Shown here one piece after another: positions 16,180 through 24,239 of a DNA stretch of 28,972 nt. The DNA comes from a virus (Duplodnaviria; Heunggongvirae; Uroviricota; Caudoviricetes), in IMG/VR virus record IMGVR_UViG_3300002835_000086; one strand, given 5' to 3'. A program made the position numbers and the translations under genes. The notes beneath the pieces are model-generated. The model was not told the DNA's origin. It did not search any database and saw only the letters and a list, made by a program, of their open reading frames with translations. The first letter of the stretch is position 1. Each line of letters opens with the position of its first letter.

Positions 16180-17001
16180 CTATTGTTCTAAATAATTTTT
16201 ATAATCTTTAATACCCATCTCAAGGTTCCAAGTAGGTTTCCACCCACCCATCCATTTATTTGAGTCGCTACAAGTATAAAACTGATATCCAACAGGTATT
16301 TTATCCTCGTCAGTGTATTCGTATTTAATCCCCATATTGTCCAAGACATCTTCAAAACCTCTCGCCTCTCCAAAACCAACTTCGTAATATTTTCCTTTCA
16401 ATCTTTGGTAATTTCCGAGGGCAAATAAATTTGCAGAAACAACGTCCTTCACATATACAAAATCTCTTTGTGGTTTTTTAGGGAACAATAAAATTTCTTT
16501 ACCTGTCCAAGCCCTCAAATGCATTTGATATGCAACTGAAGCCATTTTACCTTTTTGGTCTTCACCAGGTCCGTAAACATTAAAATATCTTAACGCAACC
16601 CCTCCATTTGAAATAACATATCCTTCGCCAGCGTATTTACTCCATCCGTATAGATTTGAAGGGTATTCATTATTAATACCATAATTTGCTGCTGATGATG
16701 AATAAATCATCGGACAATCATTTTCTTTACACCAATCCATAATGATTTTTGTTGACTCGTAATTTCTTGTCATCATATAATCAACATCTTGTTCTAAAGT
16801 ATCCGAACAGGCACCTACGTGAAAAACAACATCAGGATTAATTTCATTTAACTGTATTAACAATACTTTTGTCCAATTTTCTTGTGAAAAATAACTTTCA
16901 TCTAAACCGTAGACATCATACCCATTCTTTTTTAATTCATTTAATAGTGAGCGACCAATGAATCCTTTGTGTCCTGTAACAATAACTTTTTTCATATACA
17001 T
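16180..17001 (-). CDS. hldD: ADP-L-glycero-D-manno-heptose 6-epimerase (start may be 16995)
   Basis: VTGHKGFIG, HVGACSDT, YSSSAANYG, NLYGWSK (YxxxK), LRYFNVYGPGEDQKGKMASV, RDFVYVKDVV. Confidence 0.9.
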   Translation of the reverse strand: MYMKKVIVTGHKGFIGRSLLNELKKNGYDVYGLDESYFSQENWTKVLLIQLNEINPDVVFHVGACSDTLEQDVDYMMTRNYESTKIIMDWCKENDCPMIYSSSAANYGINNEYPSNLYGWSKYAGEGYVISNGGVALRYFNVYGPGEDQKGKMASVAYQMHLRAWTGKEILLFPKKPQRDFVYVKDVVSANLFALGNYQRLKGKYYEVGFGEARGFEDVLDNMGIKYEYTDEDKIPVGYQFYTCSDSNKWMGGWKPTWNLEMGIKDYKNYLEQ

Positions 17002-17031
17002 TTGAATTATTACAATAATAAATTACCTTTG
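17001..17031 (+). promoter_or_regulatory. Bacteroidota housekeeping-sigma promoter for the SET gene
   Basis: TTTG (17001-17004), 19 nt spacer, TACCTTTG (17024-17031), 16 nt before ATG 17048. Confidence 0.72.
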
Positions 17032-17047
17032 AATAAAAGAATATAGT

Positions 17048-17449
17048 ATGTCATTCAGAATTAATACGCCAACAAAAATTTATGTAGATAAATCTCCTAT
17101 TCACGGATGGGGAGTCTTCGCGAGTGAGGACATTAACGAAGGAGAGTTAATTGAAGAGGTCCCTGTTTTGACATTACCAATTAACAAAGGTGAAGTTTCA
17201 GGACTGTTATTAGATTATCGGTTTAATTGGCCTCAAGGGGTTGAGTGGGAAGAACAAGTTGTTGGTTTAGGTTTTTCTAGTTTGTATAATCATAGTGAAA
17301 CCGCAAACGCTTATTGGATATCTGACTCAGATAAAAAAACCTTCAAATTCATATCACACCGAAATATATCTGCAGGTGAAGAAATATTCATTTGGTATGG
17401 TGATGTGAGTTATTGGAACGACGGTAGAAGTGAAATTAAAATAAAATAA
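17048..17449 (+). CDS. Minimal SET-domain protein-lysine methyltransferase
   Basis: KSPIHGWGVFA..DI..GELI, YNHS..AN, ISAGEEIFIWYG..YW. Confidence 0.88.
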   Translation: MSFRINTPTKIYVDKSPIHGWGVFASEDINEGELIEEVPVLTLPINKGEVSGLLLDYRFNWPQGVEWEEQVVGLGFSSLYNHSETANAYWISDSDKKTFKFISHRNISAGEEIFIWYGDVSYWNDGRSEIKIK

Positions 17450-17465
17450 TTTTTTATTTGGGTTA

Positions 17466-18446
17466 TTAATAACCCAAATAAATTAAATTTCTATCAATAT
17501 CTTTAAATAAATTTGATAAATCATACTCACCATTATTATCTACCATCGATATACTTTTAACAGATAAAGAGTCTAAACCAATATCAATAATTTTATTTTT
17601 ATTCAATTGATATTCTTTAACCACACCGTCAACATTAATTTTAATATTTTGTGATTCAAGAAAATCATAAAAATAAAATCTAAGATTAGATGAGACATCT
17701 TTTTCAACTTTTTCGTCACCTTCAGATACCCAACAAGTTGTTGGTTGGTTTTTACTAATATACATTTTATAATTAGGATTCATAGAATAATTGAAAAATC
17801 CTCTGTCACCCCAATAATATATTTTATCTCTCACGGGTGTTTTAGATATATTAATTGGGAATAATTGTGTCCACAACAACGCCTGTCCTTCAGCAACTCC
17901 ATCCCATTTTAAATAATCATCTAATTTTATGACATCAACAATCTTACTCATTATTTCTCTATCAAATATCATAAAATGTAATGTACAATCCCACCAATCA
18001 TCTTCTTTGTTTGGGTTTATTCTTGGGTGAACTAAATTAGTTACGTCAGATTTTATTGTATCAATAACATATTGGTCTATCTCCAAATCATATATTATAT
18101 GATAAAAATAATCGTAATCATAACTGAGAGCAATTTGACTCATTTTCTTTATTTGATATAACCCAGCCCAACCATAATCCGCAACATTTCTATGCATAGT
18201 TATCCAACCCTCACTTGAATAATGTGTCTGCCAAAATGTAAAACCTCGTAAAGGCCAATTTAATAATGGATTTTCTTTAGTGAAAAACACAAAATCAGAA
18301 ATTTCTATAATTTCATTAGGTAATGTTATTGGACTAATCACTAAAGTATCTAATCCTAAACTTTTCAACACTTTAATGTTTTCACTTAAAATGTTAATTT
18401 TTTCTTGTGTATCGCAATAAGAACTTATTAAAACTATTTTTTTCAT
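17466..18446 (-). CDS. Orphan family A protein, possibly GT-A-like (paralog of 21978..22964)
   Basis: Shares LI(S/T)xYC...(K/R)xNIL, P..I...FxF..KxNxxLxxW and H(I)xYD with 21978..22964; glycan-cluster context. Confidence 0.5.
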   Translation of the reverse strand: MKKIVLISSYCDTQEKINILSENIKVLKSLGLDTLVISPITLPNEIIEISDFVFFTKENPLLNWPLRGFTFWQTHYSSEGWITMHRNVADYGWAGLYQIKKMSQIALSYDYDYFYHIIYDLEIDQYVIDTIKSDVTNLVHPRINPNKEDDWWDCTLHFMIFDREIMSKIVDVIKLDDYLKWDGVAEGQALLWTQLFPINISKTPVRDKIYYWGDRGFFNYSMNPNYKMYISKNQPTTCWVSEGDEKVEKDVSSNLRFYFYDFLESQNIKINVDGVVKEYQLNKNKIIDIGLDSLSVKSISMVDNNGEYDLSNLFKDIDRNLIYLGY

Positions 18447-20587
18447 AACATTTCTTTGAATCTATACTCTCTATCTTTTTCTTTAATTTCTTCAACATCC
18501 ATTTTAGTTAAAATTATACAATTTTTAAAATAAGTTATTGAAGATATTAGGTTATTATTTCTCATTCCACTAAACTCGGAATTAATTTTATGGGGTACCG
18601 TTGAAAAGTAATCAACAACATTGTGATTTCCAACCTCATATCCATATATGGTATTTTTCGGATTCCAATAATTACATTCAATATCTTCAATAATATAGAT
18701 ACCACCATTTTTTAACATTTTATCAAATAAAAAATTAAAGGTGTTGATTTGGTGTTCAGGTACATGGCTACCATCATCAATTATTATATCACATTCTCCA
18801 ATAAGATTTATCATTTTTTGTAAATCATCTTCATTATTTTGGTCGCCTTTGAATACAGTTCCATTATCGGTAACTTTTTCTTCATTAATATCCATTGAGA
18901 AGATTTGTCCGTTGTGAAAATATTCTTTCCACAAGTTGAAAGATGCATAATCTGACCCACATCCTATTTCAAATAGTTTAACTTTGGTTTCTCTTAAACC
19001 ACTTAAAAATTTATCATAAATCTTGTCAAACCTATGATGAATAACTTTATCAGTATTATGTTTCAAACCAAGTGAAAAAATATTGTTATTTCTTACCAAG
19101 ACAAGATTATTATCGTTGTGTGTCCAAGCCAAACTTATAAGTTCAAACGAAAAATTTTTATACTTATTTCTTAGTTTGGGTATCTCTTTTTCCCAACTAC
19201 CTAAATCAGATTCACAAATATCCTCAATAATATAATAACCACCTGAACTTAATCTATCTAATGAATTTTCTAAAAAAAATAAATTATATTTGAATTCGTG
19301 TAAACCGTCGTCAATAATAATATCCATTTTTTCACCAATTTCTAACCATAAATTTTTTATATCAGAAATTGACGTTTCATCACAATAAAACGTTTTAATT
19401 CTTTCCTCTTCAAATAAAGTATTTTTATCTATATCGGCACCATATATCTTAGCTCGAGTAAAATATTCTTTCCAACCTCTAAGAGAAGCCCCAGGAGTAC
19501 CCATATTACCCATATTGTAAGGTATCAAAACATTATTGGTTCCAATACCTAATTCAAAAATTTTTATTTCTTTATCTCTAATACTTTCAAAAAGTTGTGA
19601 ATATAATCTAGTATAATTGTGACCACCAAAATCAACCCAATCAGGTTTACTAGCTTTATCACTCTTGTGTTTATCCATGATAGAACACAACTCTGTTCTT
19701 TCATCAATTACGACTTGTTTGATTTCTTTGGGTGAAATAACTAAATCAACTAAATGGTCAATAACATCTTTAAATTTACTATAAGGTCTACAACAATTTA
19801 CATCTATGTAATAACCATTTTTTAATTTTTCTTCATCATAAATTCCAAATTTTTTTTGATTTTCTTTCTCACCTTCAAATTCTAATTCAACAGGAAAATT
19901 ATGTCTTTCGATTCTTCTATTCGCAATCCATGGACTAGTGTAACCTCTTTTTAATTTATGAACTTCAATACCATGATTTTTATTATTCACACAATCAGAA
20001 AAATAAAATTCATCAATCATCCACATATATCTATAACCTGGTTTATAATTTCCATGTCTATTTACAAAATCTTCAAAACTACAATCAGTATCCAATATTT
20101 TATTAAATACCTTTCCTTTAGCGGCGTTATATGGATAATTATACATTTCTTGAGTAAATGGAAAAGGTTCAGTTTCAAAAAGTTTTTTTGCTTCTAACCT
20201 ATTTAAATCATAAGCATCACTTGAGTAAATTACTAAACTATTATCACTGAAGTTTTTAATTTGATTTATAAAATATTCTTTATTAATCATTAACATGTCT
20301 AAATCACATGTTAAACAAACCTCGTCAGGAAAATACTTTGTCCCATACATTCTAGCAATACATGCTAATAAACCTGTATGAACAACATTACCTGTAATGT
20401 GGTCGTTAACTTTTTTAATTTTTTTTACTAAACCATTACCATCATAATAAAAGTCACTTTCTTCATCACATATAAAAAAAAGTACAGGTTCTATTTCTAA
20501 AATCTCTTTACAAATTTTAGCTTGGATAGGCCAAAACTCCAAAAAATATGAGTCGTCGACCCCAAATATTGCTTTATCTATTTTCAT
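18443..20587 (-). CDS. Three-domain fusion: family B GT-like domain plus two MycE/TylE-type sugar O-methyltransferase domains
   Basis: N-domain with CDLDM (DxD). MT1: DK..HNY..ELGIG..GASLRGWKEYF..YGADID..IIDDGLH..GGYYIIEDI. MT2: TDK..H..EIGCG..LWKEYF..IIDDGSH..GGIYIIEDI. Confidence 0.72.
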   Translation of the reverse strand: MKIDKAIFGVDDSYFLEFWPIQAKICKEILEIEPVLFFICDEESDFYYDGNGLVKKIKKVNDHITGNVVHTGLLACIARMYGTKYFPDEVCLTCDLDMLMINKEYFINQIKNFSDNSLVIYSSDAYDLNRLEAKKLFETEPFPFTQEMYNYPYNAAKGKVFNKILDTDCSFEDFVNRHGNYKPGYRYMWMIDEFYFSDCVNNKNHGIEVHKLKRGYTSPWIANRRIERHNFPVELEFEGEKENQKKFGIYDEEKLKNGYYIDVNCCRPYSKFKDVIDHLVDLVISPKEIKQVVIDERTELCSIMDKHKSDKASKPDWVDFGGHNYTRLYSQLFESIRDKEIKIFELGIGTNNVLIPYNMGNMGTPGASLRGWKEYFTRAKIYGADIDKNTLFEEERIKTFYCDETSISDIKNLWLEIGEKMDIIIDDGLHEFKYNLFFLENSLDRLSSGGYYIIEDICESDLGSWEKEIPKLRNKYKNFSFELISLAWTHNDNNLVLVRNNNIFSLGLKHNTDKVIHHRFDKIYDKFLSGLRETKVKLFEIGCGSDYASFNLWKEYFHNGQIFSMDINEEKVTDNGTVFKGDQNNEDDLQKMINLIGECDIIIDDGSHVPEHQINTFNFLFDKMLKNGGIYIIEDIECNYWNPKNTIYGYEVGNHNVVDYFSTVPHKINSEFSGMRNNNLISSITYFKNCIILTKMDVEEIKEKDREYRFKEML

Positions 20588-20598
20588 AATTATTTTTT

Positions 20599-21435
20599 TT
20601 ATTTAGGGTTTGTTATGGACAATGCGATTTCAACTAAATTGTCAATAACTTTTTTATATTCAATATATGGTCTTGGACAATGAGCATCAATATAATATCC
20701 ATTTTTAAGTTTTTCCCAATCAAACACGCCATCGTTTAATTGAGCCGTAATCTCTAAATTATTATTTAATATTACGGGAAAATTATGTCTGTTAATTCTT
20801 TTTTCCGCTTTCCATGGAGAAGAATACCCTCTCTTAAATTTATGAACTTCAACACCATGAATATTTTCATTAACATTTTGACCAAAATAAATTTCATCAG
20901 TTCCCCACCCTAATTTCAACACTCCCAATTCATGAGCGTATTGACTGAATGGTCTATCAGTATCTAAAATTTTATTAAAAGTTGAACCTTTTCCAATATT
21001 GTAACAAATTGGGTATCTATTTTCACAAGGTTCATTATGATTTTGGCACTCTGGTCTTTCTAATGAGTATGCATCTTCATCTAAAATCACCAAAGAATTA
21101 TCATCAATATCTTTAATTTTATCAATAAACCAATCTCTGTTTATAATAATCATATCAATGTCATTGGTCATGCAAACATCATTTGGAAAATATTTTGTTC
21201 CATACATTCTAACAATTTGACTTAAAAACGAAGTGATAATACCTGGACAATTATTTCTATTTATTTTTTTTACAATTCCATTACCATCATCATAAAAATC
21301 ACTATCTTCATTTGTAATATGAAATAATACGGGTTGAGCATTAAATAATTTTTTAATTATTTTTGATTGGATTGGCCAAAAATTTTGGTATAATGGATTG
21401 TCATCCACACCAAAAATTACTTTATCTATCTTCAT
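20599..21435 (-). CDS. Family B putative DxD glycosyltransferase (paralog of the N-domain of 18443..20587)
   Basis: [48 protein letters not shown] shared between the two copies. Confidence 0.55.
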   Translation of the reverse strand: MKIDKVIFGVDDNPLYQNFWPIQSKIIKKLFNAQPVLFHITNEDSDFYDDGNGIVKKINRNNCPGIITSFLSQIVRMYGTKYFPNDVCMTNDIDMIIINRDWFIDKIKDIDDNSLVILDEDAYSLERPECQNHNEPCENRYPICYNIGKGSTFNKILDTDRPFSQYAHELGVLKLGWGTDEIYFGQNVNENIHGVEVHKFKRGYSSPWKAEKRINRHNFPVILNNNLEITAQLNDGVFDWEKLKNGYYIDAHCPRPYIEYKKVIDNLVEIALSITNPK

Positions 21436-21976
21436 AAAATTTTTCTATAAATTCATCAATGTTGTTTGACCACATAGTCATCGCATTATCTTTAATTTTT
21501 TGTTCATCCCAATTCCACCAAGCAATAGATAATAATTTTTTAATTTGCTCGTCACTAAACCTATACTTAACAACTTTGGCTGGATTACCAGCAACAATCG
21601 CATATGGTGGTACGTCTTTACTTACAACAGAACCAGCCGCAACTATCGCTCCGTTACCAATTCTAACTCCTGACATTATAGTTGCTGTTGCCCCAATCCA
21701 AACATCATTTTCAATTATAATATCTCCTTTACAAGATGGATGTCCCATATCCATATGCATCTGAGCAATCTCATTAGTTACAGGACCCCACAGTTGGGAT
21801 GATGTTGTAACCCAATCGGGTCTATGATTTGCGTGTAGAAAAAAATTACAGTCTCTACCTATTGAATTGTACTTACCAATCCTTACGTGGTATTGGTCAC
21901 TCCAAGAAATTATGTTTACGTGTCTGTCAAAATAGGTTCCCCTGTCTGCGTGCCAAAGATGTATGTTTTCTATCAT
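21422..21976 (-). CDS. CatB/Vat-like (XAT) hexapeptide-repeat O-acetyltransferase
   Basis: [55 protein letters not shown]. Confidence 0.85.
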   Translation of the reverse strand: MIENIHLWHADRGTYFDRHVNIISWSDQYHVRIGKYNSIGRDCNFFLHANHRPDWVTTSSQLWGPVTNEIAQMHMDMGHPSCKGDIIIENDVWIGATATIMSGVRIGNGAIVAAGSVVSKDVPPYAIVAGNPAKVVKYRFSDEQIKKLLSIAWWNWDEQKIKDNAMTMWSNNIDEFIEKFYEDR

Positions 21977-21977
21977 A

Positions 21978-22964
21978 TTATTCGTTTACTCTAAAACTCA
22001 TTAGTTTAAAAATTTCCCTGTCTTCATCGGATTTTAAATAAAATGTATCCCTTATCACATCATTCTCTAACACAATAATGGAATTAATTTCTTCAAGTTT
22101 ACCTAAGAAAACAATATTCCAATGATAATGATGGACTAATGGTATGTGAACTAATTTTGAACCATTAATAATAATTTTATATTCCAAACCATTTTTATTA
22201 GTTGTATTCCATGATATGAAATCAACATTACCTGTTAAATGGTCGTAATACGGTAAAGACCATGGGTTTTTATTTATTGATTGACTATTAATAACACCAA
22301 AAAAATTACCTTTTTCTTCTAAAACATTTCTGTTTTTAACAACAACACTACCTGAGTCTTCAATTAACTTAAGTAATAAACCTTCAGGTGATTTTGATAT
22401 TGCACCTCTAATTAAATCTTTAATTTTATCTTCATCCAATTCAATTAACATTGAATGTATTTTTGGGATATAGTATGATTGAAAACTACCGAACATTACT
22501 TCCGCAACTTTATCTTGGATGTCCATATAAACCACTGCACTATTTGTTTCTAATAAATCACTGTTTTCAACAAACTCGGATATTTCATTGATTTGACAAT
22601 CATACTCTATATGGTGAACTTTAGTAAACCCTAAGTTTTTAGCATTACTAAAACCTAAAATCATTAATCTCCATATAGCTAAGTGAGTGTTTTTTTTACT
22701 TAGAAAAGATGATTGGATTCTTCTGTTTCCTTCAGGTACAAACCAAGGTTGGTTTAATAAATCCCAATCAGTTAATATTTCATTTTTCTTATCATAGAAT
22801 GAAAATTCTACTTTATTTTGAATATCAATCGGTACTGGTGTATGACTAACAATCATTACCTCAAAATAATCTTTATATTTTTCTAATGAAGAAACTAAAT
22901 TCCTTAAAATATTTTCTCTATTATCATCAGGACAATACGCGGTAATTAAAATCAAATCTTTCAT
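21978..22964 (-). CDS. Orphan family A protein, possibly GT-A-like (paralog of 17466..18446)
   Basis: [17 protein letters not shown]; HHIEYD; see paralog. Confidence 0.5.
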   Translation of the reverse strand: MKDLILITAYCPDDNRENILRNLVSSLEKYKDYFEVMIVSHTPVPIDIQNKVEFSFYDKKNEILTDWDLLNQPWFVPEGNRRIQSSFLSKKNTHLAIWRLMILGFSNAKNLGFTKVHHIEYDCQINEISEFVENSDLLETNSAVVYMDIQDKVAEVMFGSFQSYYIPKIHSMLIELDEDKIKDLIRGAISKSPEGLLLKLIEDSGSVVVKNRNVLEEKGNFFGVINSQSINKNPWSLPYYDHLTGNVDFISWNTTNKNGLEYKIIINGSKLVHIPLVHHYHWNIVFLGKLEEINSIIVLENDVIRDTFYLKSDEDREIFKLMSFRVNE

Positions 22965-23542
22965 TATTTAATATTTTTTGTGGGAACACCTCCATATACA
23001 CCAGGTGATTCAATATGTTTGACAACCGCACTATTCATACCAATTGTTACCAAACTATGTATTGATAATTTTTCTCGGATTGAGGAATTATTACCCATAT
23101 AAACAAGGTCGTATATTTTTACATTACCAGACACAATTGCACCTGGCATTGCACTAAAGTAATCACCAATTTCACAATCGTGACCAATATGGTTACCTCT
23201 ATTTAAAATTGCGTGTTTACCTATTTTTATATTTGTAGTTAGTATTGAATATGCACCAACAAAACTACCTTCTCCGATTTCAATGTTGTTATCCATAATT
23301 AACACTGTTGGATGAACCCAAGTAAAATATTTAGTCTCCTTGGGTAGTCTTTGGATAATATCAAATCTATCTCTTGAATCTGCAACCGCAACCATTATCG
23401 CATATTCTTTGGGGTTAAACTCAGATAGTGGTCTTGTTCCTTCTACAACATATTTGTCATCAACAAAACAAGTCAATTCCACCCCCATTTGAGCCATCAC
23501 CTCTTTAGCGTGACCACCATATCCAACTAATGCTTTTTTCAT
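22964..23542 (-). CDS. PglD/NeuD-family sugar N/O-acetyltransferase
   Basis: GYGGHAKEV N-terminal motif, WVHPT, left-handed beta-helix hexapeptides (IGEGSFVG, IGKHAILN, IGHDCEIG), GVPTK. Confidence 0.85.
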   Translation of the reverse strand: MKKALVGYGGHAKEVMAQMGVELTCFVDDKYVVEGTRPLSEFNPKEYAIMVAVADSRDRFDIIQRLPKETKYFTWVHPTVLIMDNNIEIGEGSFVGAYSILTTNIKIGKHAILNRGNHIGHDCEIGDYFSAMPGAIVSGNVKIYDLVYMGNNSSIREKLSIHSLVTIGMNSAVVKHIESPGVYGGVPTKNIK

Positions 23543-24183
23543 TGTTTATAAACGTCAAATTTAGATAAGTCAGGATATGGTAATTCTAAATCCTGATTAT
23601 GTTTTTTCGAACCGTCAATATTATAAAACTGATTCATCAACAGCATCCCTCTTGCCGCCAACTCAGGCATCATATAAAAGTTCCAACCAATCATATCCAA
23701 GTAATCATCGTGATATGAACATTCTCTTCTTCCACTATAACGAGCTCTCTTAAACCAATGATAAGCATCCAAACTATCCGTCAAAATTGCACCACCCTTA
23801 CTAAGTTTAAAATGTTTATAAGGTCCAGTAAAAGAAACACAAATGTGTTGGTCAGGTTTATACATATCGGCAGTAAAACTTAGTGCTGAGTCCCAAACAT
23901 TACTTCCTTTTAGTTGGTACATACCTTTAATTGTTTTACCCTCAACAGGTTCAAAATCAACCTTTAGCCCTGCGTGAATAATCTCACAAGGAACCGATGG
24001 GTATGTTCTACAAGGAATTGTTATCTTATCTGAAGTAATACTTTTCTTAACATTTTTTTCATAATATAACGCCAAGAACAAAGCGTTACTCATATTATCG
24101 AGAGTCACCACATACGGAGCTCCCGTATAATCTGCAAGTGCCTTCTCGAAATCTTCTGTAATTTTATAAATACCGTTTGCCAT
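23539..24183 (-). CDS. DegT/DnrJ/EryC1/StrS PLP-dependent sugar aminotransferase, short form (214 aa)
   Basis: FEKALADYTGAPYVV, TYPSVP, WDSA (PLP Asp), SFTGPYKHF...GGAIL (PLP Lys), GWNFYM. Confidence 0.78.
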   Translation of the reverse strand: MANGIYKITEDFEKALADYTGAPYVVTLDNMSNALFLALYYEKNVKKSITSDKITIPCRTYPSVPCEIIHAGLKVDFEPVEGKTIKGMYQLKGSNVWDSALSFTADMYKPDQHICVSFTGPYKHFKLSKGGAILTDSLDAYHWFKRARYSGRRECSYHDDYLDMIGWNFYMMPELAARGMLLMNQFYNIDGSKKHNQDLELPYPDLSKFDVYKQ

Positions 24184-24184
24184 A

Positions 24185-24221
24185 TATTGAAAAAATAAGA
24201 TAAATCAGTATCTTTTCAATA
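24185..24221. promoter_or_regulatory. Divergent intergenic inverted repeat, with a near-consensus + strand promoter
   Basis: TATTGAAAA...TTTTCAATA (9 bp IR) with inner AAGATA/TATCTT; + strand ATTG-N19-TATCTTTT ahead of ATG 24240. Confidence 0.35.
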
Positions 24222-24239
24222 ATCATATTCAATTATTAT

